Positions 39,880 through 50,715 of a stretch of 64,000 nucleotides of DNA are shown here, piece by piece. How positions within the stretch are numbered: the stretch's first letter is position 1; every line of letters starts with the position of its first letter. The notes below the pieces were generated by a model. The model was not told the DNA's origin and did not search any database. It worked only from the letters and a program-made list of their open reading frames with translations. The stretch comes from Pseudomonadota bacterium (lineage in GTDB: Bacteria > Pseudomonadota > Gammaproteobacteria > Burkholderiales > Burkholderiaceae_C). The DNA lies in contig JAFEDY010000032.1 in assembly GCA_018241405.1 (NCBI GenBank), positions 5,725 through 69,724 of the forward strand, written 5' to 3'. The translations under genes and the position numbers were made by a program.

Positions 39880-41559
39880 CTATTTTTTGTCGCGCAGCTC
39901 GCGGCGCAGGATCTTTCCCACCGGGGTCTTGGGCAGCTCGGTGCGGAACTCGACCACCTTGGGCTGCTTGTAGCCCGTCAGGTTGGTGCGGCAGTAGTCG
40001 CGCACCTGCGCCTCGGTCAGGGCGGGGTCTTTCTTCACGATGACGAGCTTGACGGCCTCGCCCATCTTCTCGTCGGGCACGCCGACCACGGCGCATTCGA
40101 GCACGCCGGGTATCAGCGCCACCACGTCCTCGACCTCGTTGGGATAGACGTTGAAGCCGCTGACCAGAATCATGTCCTTCTTGCGGTCCACGATCTTGAA
40201 GTACCCGCGCTCGTCCATGATGCCGATGTCGCCGGTCTTGAAGTAACCGTCCTCGGTCATGGCCTTGGCGGTCTCGTCGGGGCGCTGCCAGTAGCCGGCC
40301 ATGACCTGCGGGCCCTGAATGGCGATCTCGCCGGGCTGGCCGCTTGCCGTGATGTCGTGCCCGTCGTCGTCGAGGATGCGCATCGAGGTGCTGGGGATGG
40401 GCACGCCTATGGTGCCCGAGAACTCTGTCGCCGTGACCGGGTTGCAGCTGGCCGAGGGGCTGGTCTCCGACAGGCCATAGCCCTCGCAGATAGGACAGCC
40501 GGTCTTTGCCAGCCATAGCTTGGCCACGGCCGCCTGCACGGCCATGCCGCCGCCGACCGAAACCTTGAGATGGCTCCAGTCCACGCTATTGAAGTCGGGG
40601 TGGTTGGCCAGGCCATTGAACAGCGTATTGACCGCCGGGAAACTGTGAAAACGGTGCTTGGACAGCTCCTTGAGCACGGCGGGCAGGTCGCGCGGGTTCG
40701 GGATCAGGATGGTCTTGCCGCCCGTGCGCATGGACAGCATCATGTTCACCGTGAAGGCGAAGATGTGGTAGAGCGGCAGCGCGCACACGGCCGTGGGCTG
40801 CTCGCCGGCCGGCACCTTGCTCATCACCGGCGCGTTCCAGGCCTCGGACTGCAGCACGTTGGCGATCACGTTGCGGTGCAGCAGCACCGCGCCCTTGCTC
40901 ACGCCCGTGGTTCCGCCCGTGTATTGCAGCAGGGCAATGTCGTCGGGGTTGAGTTCGGGCGGATTGAATCTGGCCGACGCGCCCTTGGCCAGCGCATCGT
41001 TGAAGCCGACGGCACCCGGCAGCTGGTACGGCGGCACCAGCTTCTTGACGTTGCGCACCACGAAGTTGACGATCGCACCCTTGAGCAGGCCCAGCCGGTC
41101 GCCCATGGCGCACAACACCACATGCTTGACGGCCGTGTTGGCAATGCAGGCCTGCAGCGTGGGGGCAAAGTTCTCGATGATGACGATGGCCTTGGCGCCC
41201 GAATCCCTGAGCTGGCGCTCAAGCTCGCGCGGCGTGTACAGCGGGTTGACATTCACCACCACGAAGCCCGCGCGCAGCACCGCCGCCACTGCAATCGGGT
41301 ACTGCGGCACGTTCGGCATCATCAGCGCCACACGGTCGCCGCGCGCCAGGCCCAGGCCTTGCAGATAGGCGGCGAACTGGCGGCTCAGCGCATCGGTTTC
41401 GCCATAGCTGATGTCCTTGCCCATGAAGCTGTAGGCGGTGCGGCCCGCGTAGTCGCGGAAGGCCTCCTCCATCAGCTGCACCAGCGAGCGGTATTGGGCC
41501 GGGTCGATCTCGGCGGGCACGCCTTGCGGGTAGGCGGCCAGCCATGGTCGGTCGGTCAT
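39880..41559 (-). CDS. fadD: long-chain fatty acid-CoA ligase
   Basis: 559 aa; AMP-binding motifs LQYTGGTTGVSKGA, GYGLSETSP and TGDIG...DRKKDMI. Confidence 0.9.
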   Translation of the reverse strand: MTDRPWLAAYPQGVPAEIDPAQYRSLVQLMEEAFRDYAGRTAYSFMGKDISYGETDALSRQFAAYLQGLGLARGDRVALMMPNVPQYPIAVAAVLRAGFVVVNVNPLYTPRELERQLRDSGAKAIVIIENFAPTLQACIANTAVKHVVLCAMGDRLGLLKGAIVNFVVRNVKKLVPPYQLPGAVGFNDALAKGASARFNPPELNPDDIALLQYTGGTTGVSKGAVLLHRNVIANVLQSEAWNAPVMSKVPAGEQPTAVCALPLYHIFAFTVNMMLSMRTGGKTILIPNPRDLPAVLKELSKHRFHSFPAVNTLFNGLANHPDFNSVDWSHLKVSVGGGMAVQAAVAKLWLAKTGCPICEGYGLSETSPSASCNPVTATEFSGTIGVPIPSTSMRILDDDGHDITASGQPGEIAIQGPQVMAGYWQRPDETAKAMTEDGYFKTGDIGIMDERGYFKIVDRKKDMILVSGFNVYPNEVEDVVALIPGVLECAVVGVPDEKMGEAVKLVIVKKDPALTEAQVRDYCRTNLTGYKQPKVVEFRTELPKTPVGKILRRELRDKK

Positions 41560-41639
41560 GTTCGAGTCTCCTGAGCTGTTGAGGTAAAACCGTGCCGAAA
41601 TAAATCAGCACGGTCGTTCGTTTTTATGATTATGCCTCG

Positions 41640-43052
41640 TCAACTCCTCAATACCGCCAGCACCTCGTCCAGCATCTTCTTGGCATCGCCAAACAGCATG
41701 CGGTTGTTCTCCTTGTAGAACAACGGGTTGTCCACACCCGCATAGCCCGAAGCCATGGAGCGCTTCATGACGATGGAATGGTGCGCCTTCCACACCTCGA
41801 GCACCGGCATGCCGGCAATGGGGCTCGCCGGGTCTTCCAGGGCGCTCGGGTTCACGATGTCGTTGGCCCCGATGACGATGGCCACGTCGGTGTCGGGGAA
41901 GTCCTCATTGATCTCGTCCATCTCCATCACGATGTCGTAGGGCACCTTGGCCTCGGCCAGCAGCACGTTCATGTGGCCGGGCATGCGGCCTGCCACGGGG
42001 TGGATGGCAAAGCGCACGTTGACGCCCTTCTCGCGCAGGGTCTGGGTGATCTCATACACCGTGTGCTGGGCCTGGGCCACGGCCATGCCATAGCCGGGCA
42101 CAATGACCACGCTCTTGGATTCACGCAGCATCTCGGCCGTCTCGACCGCGCTCACCGGCACCACCTCGCCCTGGGGCTCGGCGGCGTCCCCCTTCTTGGC
42201 CGGTGCACCGGCGCCCGAGCCAAAGCCACCCGCGATCACGCTGATGAAGTTGCGGTTCATGGCGTTGCACATGATGTAGGACAGGATGGCGCCCGAGGAG
42301 CCCACCAGTGCCCCAGTGACAATCAACAAGTCGTTGGAGAGCATGAAGCCCGTGGCCGCGGCCGCCCAGCCCGAATAGCTGTTGAGCATGGACACCACCA
42401 CCGGCATGTCGGCGCCGCCAATGGCCATGACCATGTGCACACCAAACAGCAGCGCGATCACCGTCATGACGATCAGCGGCAGCATGCCGGCCTGCACGTC
42501 ATGGGCATGGAGGAACTCGCGGCCAAACCAGATCACCACCAGCAGCCCGGCCAGGTTGAGCCAGTGGCGCGCGGGCAGCAGCAGCGGCTTGCCGCCGATC
42601 TTGCCGTTGAGCTTGCCGAAGGCGATCAGCGAGCCCGAGAAGGTGACCGCGCCGATCAGGATGCCGACGTAGATCTCCACCTCGTGGATGAGCTTCTCGG
42701 CCCCCGTGAGCTGGATCGAGGTATCGACATAGCTGGCAAAGCCCACCAGGCAGGCCGCCAGGCCCACCAGGCTGTGCATGAGCGCGACCAGTTCGGGCAT
42801 CTGGGTCATCTTCACGACCTTGGCCGCATACAGGCCGATGCCGCCGCCGATCACCAACGCGCCCACGATCCAGGCGATGCCCGCACCACTGACACGCGGG
42901 CCGAACACCGTGGCCAGCACGGCCAGGCCCATGCCGATCATGCCGAGCAGGTTGCCGCGGCGCGAGGTTTCGGGGTTGGACAAGCCGCCCAGGCTGAGGA
43001 TGAAAAGAATGGCGGCGCCCAGATAGGCCACCGTTGCAAGACTTTCGGACAT
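41640..43052 (-). CDS. pntB: NAD(P) transhydrogenase subunit beta
   Basis: Start [25 protein letters not shown] inside ORF 41640..43631; C-terminal dIII domain ([13 protein letters not shown]...[18 protein letters not shown]). Confidence 0.95.
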   Translation of the reverse strand: MSESLATVAYLGAAILFILSLGGLSNPETSRRGNLLGMIGMGLAVLATVFGPRVSGAGIAWIVGALVIGGGIGLYAAKVVKMTQMPELVALMHSLVGLAACLVGFASYVDTSIQLTGAEKLIHEVEIYVGILIGAVTFSGSLIAFGKLNGKIGGKPLLLPARHWLNLAGLLVVIWFGREFLHAHDVQAGMLPLIVMTVIALLFGVHMVMAIGGADMPVVVSMLNSYSGWAAAATGFMLSNDLLIVTGALVGSSGAILSYIMCNAMNRNFISVIAGGFGSGAGAPAKKGDAAEPQGEVVPVSAVETAEMLRESKSVVIVPGYGMAVAQAQHTVYEITQTLREKGVNVRFAIHPVAGRMPGHMNVLLAEAKVPYDIVMEMDEINEDFPDTDVAIVIGANDIVNPSALEDPASPIAGMPVLEVWKAHHSIVMKRSMASGYAGVDNPLFYKENNRMLFGDAKKMLDEVLAVLRS

Positions 43053-43075
43053 GTTGTGATCTCCTTGTCGTTTTT

Positions 43076-44677
43076 TTATTTGCGGAACATGGCCAGCATG
43101 CGGCGCGTGACGGCAAAGCCGCCGAACATATTCACGGCAGTCAGCACCAGGGCGGCAAAGGCCAGCCACAGGATGAGCCCATCCGGGCGCCCGGCAGCGC
43201 CGGCTTCTGGCGGCGCAATCTGTACCAGCGCCCCAATGGCGATGATGCTGGAGATGGCGTTGGTGACGCTCATGAGCGGCGTGTGCAACGCGGGCGTGAC
43301 GTTCCACACCACCATGTAGCCAATGAAGCAGGCCAGCACAAACACCGTGAAATGCCCCAGGAAGGCCACGGGCGCATAGGCGCCAACCGCCCAGAACAGC
43401 ACGGCCAGCACGGCAAAGACGATGGTGAGCGTCTTGCCGGACATGGGCGCGCCGGGGCCGTGGCTGGACTTCTTCTCGGCCACGGGCGCGGCGGCCGCCT
43501 TGGGCGCAGGGGCCGGCGGCGCCTTGAGCGGCGGTGCGGGCCAGGTGACGGCGCCCTCCTTGATCACGGTGAGGCCGCGAATGGCGTCGTCCTCCATGTT
43601 GACCACGGCCACGCCGTCCTTGGCCTTGCACAGCTCCTCGACCAGGCGCAGCAGGTTGGTGGCGTACAGCGTCGACGACTGCTTGGCCAGGCGCGAGGCG
43701 AGATCCGTGTAGCCAATGATGGTCACGCCGTGGCGCACCACGGCCTCGCCGGGCACGGTCAGCTCGCAGTTGCCGCCCTGCTCGGCGGCCATGTCCACGA
43801 TCACGCTGCCGGGCTTCATGCTCTGCACCATCGCGGCGGTGATGAGCTTCGGAGCCGGCTTGCCCGGAATCAGCGCGGTGGTGATGATGATGTCCACGTC
43901 CTTGGCCTGGTCAGCGTACATCTGGCGCTGCGCGGCCTGGAAGCCCTCGCTCATGACCTTGGCGTAGCCGCCGCCGCCCGAGCCCTCTTCCTCGTAGTCC
44001 ACCTTGACGAATTCGCCGCCCAGGGATTTGACCTGGTCGGCCACCTCGGCGCGCGTGTCGTTGGCACGCACGATGGCGCCCAGATTGGCCGCCGTGCCAA
44101 TGGCCGCCAGGCCCGCCACGCCCGCGCCGGCGATGAACACCTTGGCCGGCGGCACCTTGCCCGCCGCCGTGATCTGGCCGTTGAAATAGCGGCCGAAGGC
44201 ATTGGCTGCCTCGATCACGGCCCGGTAGCCTGAGACGCCCGCGGTGGAGGTCAGCGCATCCATCTTCTGCGCGCGCGAGAGCGTGCGCGGCAGGCAGTCG
44301 ATGGCCAGCACGGTGGCGCTCTTCGCGGCCAGCTGCTGCATGAGGTCGGGATTCTGGGCCGGCCAGACGAAGCCGATGAGCGCGCTGCCCTGGCGCATCA
44401 GCGCCACTTCACCCTCGCTGGGCGGGCGCACCTTGAGCACGATGTCGGATGCGGCCCACAGCGCCGCCGCGTCGGGCAGCACCTCGGCGCCGGCGGCGCG
44501 GTAGGCGTCATCGCTGCAGTTGGCGGCCTCACCGGCACCCGTTTCCACGGCCACCGCGAACCCGAGCTTGATGAGCTTTTGCACCACGTCGGGCACGGTG
44601 GCCACGCGCTTCTCGCCGGGGAAGGTTTCCCGGGGAACGCCTATGCGTTGCGCCTGCGGGCTGGGGTTGGTCTGCAT
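43076..44677 (-). CDS. pntA: NAD(P) transhydrogenase subunit alpha (fused dI plus membrane part)
   Basis: Start [26 protein letters not shown]; contains [13 protein letters not shown] and a C-terminal TM segment. Confidence 0.93.
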   Translation of the reverse strand: MQTNPSPQAQRIGVPRETFPGEKRVATVPDVVQKLIKLGFAVAVETGAGEAANCSDDAYRAAGAEVLPDAAALWAASDIVLKVRPPSEGEVALMRQGSALIGFVWPAQNPDLMQQLAAKSATVLAIDCLPRTLSRAQKMDALTSTAGVSGYRAVIEAANAFGRYFNGQITAAGKVPPAKVFIAGAGVAGLAAIGTAANLGAIVRANDTRAEVADQVKSLGGEFVKVDYEEEGSGGGGYAKVMSEGFQAAQRQMYADQAKDVDIIITTALIPGKPAPKLITAAMVQSMKPGSVIVDMAAEQGGNCELTVPGEAVVRHGVTIIGYTDLASRLAKQSSTLYATNLLRLVEELCKAKDGVAVVNMEDDAIRGLTVIKEGAVTWPAPPLKAPPAPAPKAAAAPVAEKKSSHGPGAPMSGKTLTIVFAVLAVLFWAVGAYAPVAFLGHFTVFVLACFIGYMVVWNVTPALHTPLMSVTNAISSIIAIGALVQIAPPEAGAAGRPDGLILWLAFAALVLTAVNMFGGFAVTRRMLAMFRK

Positions 44678-44729
44678 GAGGGTCTCCTTGAGTTTAGTGA
44701 TCGTTATGCCAAGCCGACGCTGCGGTTCG

Positions 44730-44894
44730 CTAGTGTCCTGAGTTGGAGGTTCGTTGAAAAACAAATCGGCCGAGATCGGTACCAGACAAGGCGCGAACCG
44801 CAGCCATCGCCGTAGCGATGGCGAGGATTCGCAACGCCGCTTGGCGCCGATATTCGGGTGATTTGTTCATCGAATTTTCAATTCAGGACACTAG
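44730..44894. repeat. 165-bp imperfect palindrome (ERIC/Correia/MITE-like), single copy in the window
   Basis: Symmetric about 44812. The outer arms are CTAGTGTCCTGAGTTGGAGGTTCG... versus the reverse complement CTAGTGTCCTGAATTGAAAATTCG.... The central hairpin is GCCATCGC-cgta-GCGATGGC. Confidence 0.65.
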
Positions 44895-45610
44895 GGAACC
44901 GGCGTCGCCATCGGGAAGGGCGGAATGGCCAGGTAGCCGTTCATCATGCCGGCACTCACGCGCACGGCCTGCCTCAGGTCGTGGGCCCACTGGAGCGCGG
45001 GCCGGCCTGCACGCAAGAACTCCTCGTTGTTGCGCACGGGGGGGGTCAACAACCGCTGATCCACCAGGGCCTCGACCTGCACCAGGGCACCGCCCGTGCT
45101 GGCATAGCGGTAGCTCAGATAGGAGTAGGGCTTGTCCAGTGCCAGCTTGTGCCGGTCCAGCCATTGTGCGAAATCGGGTTCGCTCTTCTCCAGCCATTGC
45201 GCGCTGCCCGCCCAGCGCTTGAGGCGCAGGCAGTCCACGCGCACCGGGCTGCCTTGGGTGGCGTCCTCCACCAGCACACCGGCCTGGCGTGGGCAATCGC
45301 CCGTCCAGTAGACGGACTCACGGGGATAGTTGTCGCGGTTGGTTTGCACGCGCAGCACGGCAAGCAATTCCTGCTGCGCGCCGCGCAGATCCACGGCCCG
45401 GGTTTGCAGCGCAATGCGGCCAATGGGCGCGGGCAGCACGGCAACGGCCTCGTCGGCGACTTCCAGGTCTTGCCAGGCGCCGGGCGGCAGGGCCATCTGC
45501 GCACGCCCCACCGGGTACTGCCCCTGCTGGGGGGCGAGGGGCGCGCACGCCGCCAGCACCACCAGGGTACAGGGCAGCAGGCGCCGGATTGTCGAAATCA
45601 TCAATTTCAT
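44891..45610 (-). CDS. hypothetical lipoprotein
   Basis: Start MKLMISTIRRLLPCTLVVLAACAP (lipobox) inside ORF 44891..45919; GC3-rich coding signal; I recognise no family. Confidence 0.6.
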   Translation of the reverse strand: MKLMISTIRRLLPCTLVVLAACAPLAPQQGQYPVGRAQMALPPGAWQDLEVADEAVAVLPAPIGRIALQTRAVDLRGAQQELLAVLRVQTNRDNYPRESVYWTGDCPRQAGVLVEDATQGSPVRVDCLRLKRWAGSAQWLEKSEPDFAQWLDRHKLALDKPYSYLSYRYASTGGALVQVEALVDQRLLTPPVRNNEEFLRAGRPALQWAHDLRQAVRVSAGMMNGYLAIPPFPMATPVP

Positions 45611-45687
45611 GAAGGCAAAGGGGTTCCTGCATGCCGCATGCGTGGCCATGCTGACCCTGAGCTTACATGATGCAGCGCCGTAACCAG

Positions 45688-45713
45688 GAAAAACGGCAGC
45701 ACGATGGCTGCCG
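45688..45713 (-). terminator. rho-independent terminator after fba
   Basis: Minus strand reads CGGCAGC-catcgt-GCTGCCG followed by TTTTT. Confidence 0.75.
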
Positions 45714-45762
45714 AAGCTTGTCTGCCGCCGCTGATTGCGAACGGCTTTCGGGAGAAATGGCG

Positions 45763-46827
45763 TCAGTTCACGACCTGGCGCAGCGCACCCGAGGCGTAGC
45801 GCGCCGCCATGTCGGCCAGGGGCAGTCCCTTGATCTTGGCCGCCTGGCCCTCGCAGCCGAACTCGAGGTAGCGCTGCTTGCAGATGGCCTTGGCCGCTTC
45901 GCGCGCCGGCTTCATCCACTCGCGCATGTCGAACTTGTCGGGGTTTTCTGCCTGGAACTTGCGCACCGCGCCGGTCATGGCCATGCGGATGTCGGTATCG
46001 ATGTTGATCTTGCGCACGCCATGCTTGATGGCCTCCTGGATCTCCTTGACCGGCACGCCGTAGGTCTGCTTCATCTTGCCGCCGAACTGGTTGATGATGT
46101 CCAGCAGGGCCTGCGGCACCGACGACGAGCCATGCATCACCAGGTGGGTATTGGGAATGCGCGCGTGGATTTCCTTGACGCGCGAGATTGCCAGCACATC
46201 GCCCGTGGGCGGGCGCGTGAACTTGTAGGCGCCGTGGCTGGTGCCGATGGCAATCGCCAGGGCGTCGAGCTGCGTGGCCTGGACGAACTGTGCCGCTTCC
46301 TCGGGGTCGGTCAGCATCTGGGCATGGCTGAGCTTGCCGGCGGCGCCAATGCCGTCCTCCTCGCCGGCCTCGCCGGTTTCCAGGCTGCCCAGGCAGCCGA
46401 GCTCGCCCTCGACCGTGGCGCCGACCTTGTGCGCCATCGCTACCACCTGGCGCGTCACGTCCACGTTGTAGTCAAAGTCGGCCGGCGTCTTGCCGTCCTC
46501 CTTGAGGCTGCCGTCCATCATCACCGAGCCAAAGCCCAGGTTCAGGGCGCCCTGGCAAATGGCCGGCGAGGTGCCGTGGTCCTGGTGCATGACCAGCGGG
46601 ATATGCGGGTAGGCCTCGGCCGCGGCGGCAATCAGGTACTTGATGAAGCTCTCGCCCGCATACTTGCGTGCGCCGGCGCTGGCCTGCAGGATGACGGGCG
46701 CGCCCACCTCGTCGGCGGCGGCCATCACGGCCTGCACCTGTTCCAGGTTGTTGACGTTGAAGGCGGGAATGCCATAGCCGTTGTCGGCGGCATGGTCGAG
46801 CAGTTCGCGCATCGAGACAAGAGGCAT
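45763..46827 (-). CDS. fba: class II fructose-1,6-bisphosphate aldolase
   Basis: Start [27 protein letters not shown]; contains HQDHG and GTSHGAYKF. Confidence 0.95.
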   Translation of the reverse strand: MPLVSMRELLDHAADNGYGIPAFNVNNLEQVQAVMAAADEVGAPVILQASAGARKYAGESFIKYLIAAAAEAYPHIPLVMHQDHGTSPAICQGALNLGFGSVMMDGSLKEDGKTPADFDYNVDVTRQVVAMAHKVGATVEGELGCLGSLETGEAGEEDGIGAAGKLSHAQMLTDPEEAAQFVQATQLDALAIAIGTSHGAYKFTRPPTGDVLAISRVKEIHARIPNTHLVMHGSSSVPQALLDIINQFGGKMKQTYGVPVKEIQEAIKHGVRKINIDTDIRMAMTGAVRKFQAENPDKFDMREWMKPAREAAKAICKQRYLEFGCEGQAAKIKGLPLADMAARYASGALRQVVN

Positions 46828-46851
46828 GGTGGTGGATCCGTTCGAGGTTGG

Positions 46852-46888
46852 AAAAAAATCGGCGGTAACCGCGTGGTAACCGCCGATT
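46852..46888 (-). terminator. rho-independent terminator after pyk
   Basis: Minus strand reads AATCGGCGGT-(12 nt)-ACCGCCGATT followed by TTTTT. Confidence 0.75.
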
Positions 46889-46974
46889 CTAACCAGCCAC
46901 CTTTGCCAGCACGCCAGGCCCCGGCGCAATCGCTCCAGGCCGGGCCGCTCAACGCGGTCCGGCAGGCGCAACAG

Positions 46975-48411
46975 TCACTGCACCCGGCAGATCTTGAGCA
47001 TGTTCGTGCCGCCCGGCGCGCCCATGGGCTCGCCACAGGTGATCACGTACAGGTCGCCATGCTGCACGATGTTGCGCGCCTTCAGGTGACGCTCGGCCTG
47101 ATCCAGCGCCGTGTCGCGGTCGGCGCTGGTGTCCATGAGCAGGGGACGCACGTTGCGGAACATGGCCATGCGCCGCTGAGTGGCCACCTTGGGCGTCAGG
47201 GCGTAGATCGGGATATGAATGCGGTGGCGGCTCATCCACAGGGCGGTGGAGCCGCTGTCGGTCATGGCGACGATGGCCTTGGCGCCCAGGTGATGGGCAG
47301 TGAACAGCGCACCCATGGCCACGGACTGGTCGATGCGGCCCGCCGTCTCGCCGTCGAAGTCGGCGTCGCGGTCCGGGTCCTCCGCGGCCTCGGCGGCGGC
47401 GCAGATCTTGGCCATCTCCTGCACCGTCTCCAGCGGGTACTTGCCGGCGGCGGTCTCGGCGCTGAGCATCACGGCATCGGTGCCGTCGAGCACGGCGTTG
47501 GCCACGTCGCTGACCTCGGCACGCGTGGGCACGGGGTTGGTGATCATGCTCTCCATCATCTGCGTGGCGGTGATGACGACCTTGTCCATCTCGCGGGCCA
47601 TGCGGATCATCTTCTTTTGCAGCGCCGGCACGGCGGCATTGCCCACCTCCACGGCCAGGTCGCCACGCGCGACCATGATGCCGTCGGAGACGCGCAGGAT
47701 TTCCTCCAGCCTTGGAATGGCCTCGGCACGCTCGATTTTGGCAATCAGCCCCGGCTTGTGGCGGAACTCGGTCGCCGCCACGTTGCACAGCTGGCGCGCC
47801 ATTTCCATGTCGGTGGCGTTTTTGGGGAAGCTCACGGCCACATAGTCGGCCTGGAAGCTCATGGCGGTCTTGATGTCCTCCATGTCCTTGGCCGTCAGCG
47901 CCGGCGCGGTGAGTCCCCCGCCCTGCTTGTTGATGCCCTTGTTGTTGGACAGCTCGCCGCCTATCGTCACCGTGGTATGCACGGCCTCGCCGCGCACCGA
48001 ATCCACGGTGAGCACGATGAGGCCATCGTTGAGCAGCAGCACATCTCCCGCCTTCACGTCGCGCGGCAGCTCCTTGTAGTCGAGGCCCACGCCCAGCAGG
48101 TCGCCGGGCTCACTGCGCGAGGCGTCCAGGATGAAGGGCTGCCCCACCTCCAGCATCACCCGCCCTTCGGCGAACTTGCCCACGCGGATCTTGGGGCCCT
48201 GCAGGTCCGCCATGATGGCCACCTCGCGCCCGGCACGCTGTGCCGCTTCGCGCACCCTGGCGGCACGCTCCACATGGTCGCGCGCCTTGCCATGGCTGAA
48301 GTTCAGTCGCACCACGTTCACGCCGGCGGCGATCATCTGCTCCAGCAGCTGCGGGTCGCTGGATGCGGGGCCCAGAGTGGCAACGATTTTGGTGGCGCGG
48401 CGGCTTCGCAT
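46975..48411 (-). CDS. pyk: pyruvate kinase
   Basis: 478 aa; TKIVATLGPAS, MVARGDLAVE. Confidence 0.95.
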   Translation of the reverse strand: MRSRRATKIVATLGPASSDPQLLEQMIAAGVNVVRLNFSHGKARDHVERAARVREAAQRAGREVAIMADLQGPKIRVGKFAEGRVMLEVGQPFILDASRSEPGDLLGVGLDYKELPRDVKAGDVLLLNDGLIVLTVDSVRGEAVHTTVTIGGELSNNKGINKQGGGLTAPALTAKDMEDIKTAMSFQADYVAVSFPKNATDMEMARQLCNVAATEFRHKPGLIAKIERAEAIPRLEEILRVSDGIMVARGDLAVEVGNAAVPALQKKMIRMAREMDKVVITATQMMESMITNPVPTRAEVSDVANAVLDGTDAVMLSAETAAGKYPLETVQEMAKICAAAEAAEDPDRDADFDGETAGRIDQSVAMGALFTAHHLGAKAIVAMTDSGSTALWMSRHRIHIPIYALTPKVATQRRMAMFRNVRPLLMDTSADRDTALDQAERHLKARNIVQHGDLYVITCGEPMGAPGGTNMLKICRVQ

Positions 48412-48494
48412 GGCTTTGTCTCTCTTTCAGTGGATGTAATCGAGTTTCTATTTTTACACAGGATTGGTTACAACGCGGTTTCCAAATTCCGCCG

Positions 48495-49877
48495 TCAAGC
48501 ACGCATCAGCGCCTCGATCTCATGCCCCTCCACGGGCACGCCACGCGTCAAGAGCTCGCACCCGTCCGCGGTGACCACAGCGTCGTCCTCGATGCGTATG
48601 CCGATGTGGTGGAACTGCTCGGGCACGCCGGGCGCAGGGCGCACATAGATGCCGGGCTCCACGGTCAGCACCATGCCGGGGCGCAGGATACGGCTGGGGC
48701 GGTCCTTGATCAGCTCGCCAGACAACGGGTCCTTGCGCTCACTCAGCTGCCCCACTTCGCCGGGCTCGACATAGCTGCCGCAGTCGTGCACGTCCATGCC
48801 CATCCAGTGGCCGGTGCGATGCATGTAGAACTGAAAGTAGGCGCGCTTGTCGATGACATCCTGCACGCCGCCGACCTGGTTCTTGTCGAGCAGGCCCAAG
48901 TCCAGCATGCCCTGGGCCAGCACGGCCACGGCAGCATCGTGCGGGTCGTTGAAGCGGCGGCCGGCACGCGTCACGGCAATGGCCGCCTTCTGGCTTTCCA
49001 GCACCAGGTCGTAGAGCGCGCGCTGCGGCCCGGTGAAGCGCCCGTCGGCCGGAAAGGTGCGCGTGATGTCCGAGGCGTAGCCGTCAAGCTCGCAGCCCGC
49101 GTCGACCAGCACCAGCTCGCCCGCGCGCACGGGCGTGGCGTCCGCGCGGTAATGCAGCACGCAGGCGTTGGCGCCGGCGGCGACGATGGAACTGTAGGCC
49201 GGGTACTGCGAGCCCTGCTCGCGAAAGGCGTGCAGCAGCTCGGCGTCCAGGTGGTACTCGCGTACCTCTTCGCCGGCGCGCAGCATGCGGCTGCTGCGCT
49301 GCATGGCGCGCACATGGGCCTGGGCGCTGATGGCGCCCGCGCGGCGCAATATAGCCAGCTCGTGCGCGTCCTTGATGAGGCGCATCTCGTCGAGCAGCAG
49401 GCACAGGTCGCCCTGCTGCGCCGGGCACAGCGCGCCGTAGCGCACGCGCGCACGCACCTGGTTCAGCCAGCCCTCCACCCGCGCGGCCAGGCCGCGGTGG
49501 GTGGCAAACGGAAACCAGACCTGGCCGCGGTTTTCCAAGAGGCGCGGCAGGCGCGCATCGAGTTCGGCGGACGAATGCGCGGCCGTCACGCCCAGTGCGG
49601 CCACGGCCGCCTCGGGCCCGAGGCGGTAGCCGTCCCATATCTCGCGCTCCAGATCCTTGGGCTGGCAAAACAAGGTCGCCTCCCCCTCGGCCGTGAGCGC
49701 CAGCCAGGCACCGGGCTCAATAAAGCCCGTGAGGTAGTAGAAGTAGCTGTCGTGCCGGTACAGGTAGTCGCTGTCGCGGCTGCGCGCACATTCGGGAGCC
49801 GTGGGCACGATGGCGATGCCGCCCGCGCCCAATTGGGCCGCCAAACGCGCACGCCTTTGGGCGTAGATGGAGGTCAT
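48495..49877 (-). CDS. pepP: Xaa-Pro aminopeptidase
   Basis: 460 aa; M24B metal ligands in VDAGCELDGYASDITRT, HRTGHWMGMDVHD and TVEPGIY. Confidence 0.9.
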   Translation of the reverse strand: MTSIYAQRRARLAAQLGAGGIAIVPTAPECARSRDSDYLYRHDSYFYYLTGFIEPGAWLALTAEGEATLFCQPKDLEREIWDGYRLGPEAAVAALGVTAAHSSAELDARLPRLLENRGQVWFPFATHRGLAARVEGWLNQVRARVRYGALCPAQQGDLCLLLDEMRLIKDAHELAILRRAGAISAQAHVRAMQRSSRMLRAGEEVREYHLDAELLHAFREQGSQYPAYSSIVAAGANACVLHYRADATPVRAGELVLVDAGCELDGYASDITRTFPADGRFTGPQRALYDLVLESQKAAIAVTRAGRRFNDPHDAAVAVLAQGMLDLGLLDKNQVGGVQDVIDKRAYFQFYMHRTGHWMGMDVHDCGSYVEPGEVGQLSERKDPLSGELIKDRPSRILRPGMVLTVEPGIYVRPAPGVPEQFHHIGIRIEDDAVVTADGCELLTRGVPVEGHEIEALMRA

Positions 49878-49936
49878 GCGCTATCGTACTGCCGCCGCGG
49901 CGCCTCCGCCCAGCCCCCCACCGCCGGCAGGCTCGC

Positions 49937-50701
49937 TCAATGGCGCTTGTTCTTGCGCTCCAGAAACGCGTTCATGTGGTGCTGCGGCTCGCCCGTTTTG
50001 AAGGCCTCGCCAAATTCGGCAATGCTGTCGTCGATGGCGGCGTCCACGCCCATGCGCTCCCAGCGCCGCAGCAGGCGCTTTTGCTGGCGCAGCACGGCGG
50101 GGCCGATCTCGGCCAGGCCGGCGGCAATCTCCAGAATGCGCGCGTCCAGCCTGGCCTTGGGCACGCACTCGTTGATCAGGCCCCATTGCTGGGCCTGGGT
50201 GGCGGGGATGTTCTCGCCCGCCAGCAGCAGCCAGGCGGCGCGCGCCGCGCCGATCTGCGCCGGCATCATCGCCGCGTGGATCACCGAGGGGATGCCCACC
50301 TTGACCTCGGGCATGCCGACTACGGCGTCATCGGCGGCAATGCGCAGGTCGCCGGCCATTGCCAGCTCCAGGCCGCCGCCCAGGGTATGCCCCTCCAGGC
50401 GCACGATGACCGGCACGGGAAAGTGGCGCACGGCATTGCACAGGTCGCGCAGCGCACTGATGAAGACGCGGCCGGTGTCGGCGGTGAGCGCCGCCAGCTC
50501 CTTGATGTCGGCACCCGCAACAAAGGCGCGCGAACCCGAGCCGCGCAGCACCAGGCAGTGCAGTTCGGCGTTTTCAGCCAGCTGGCCGAGCTCGGCCGTC
50601 AACGCCTTGATGACGGGCGTGCTCAGCACGTTCAGCGGCCCGGCGTCGGTAATGGTCAGCACCGCCGTTTGGGGTGTGGGGTAGGCAATCTGGGAATACA
50701 T
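49937..50701 (-). CDS. enoyl-CoA hydratase/isomerase family protein
   Basis: Start MYSQIAYPTPQTAVLTI inside ORF 49937..50938; crotonase motifs RAFVAGADIKE and GHTLGGGLELAMAGD. Confidence 0.85.
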   Translation of the reverse strand: MYSQIAYPTPQTAVLTITDAGPLNVLSTPVIKALTAELGQLAENAELHCLVLRGSGSRAFVAGADIKELAALTADTGRVFISALRDLCNAVRHFPVPVIVRLEGHTLGGGLELAMAGDLRIAADDAVVGMPEVKVGIPSVIHAAMMPAQIGAARAAWLLLAGENIPATQAQQWGLINECVPKARLDARILEIAAGLAEIGPAVLRQQKRLLRRWERMGVDAAIDDSIAEFGEAFKTGEPQHHMNAFLERKNKRH

Positions 50702-50715
50702 GGTGTGGTCTCCAA

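Noticed and set aside
48412-48494. AT-rich spacer upstream of pyk (…GGATTGGTTACAACGCGGTTTCCAAATTCC…) as a repeat copy.
   Set aside because: The similarity to the tail of copy L (ATTGGTTA) is too short, and the cores are absent. It is probably just the pyk promoter and leader.
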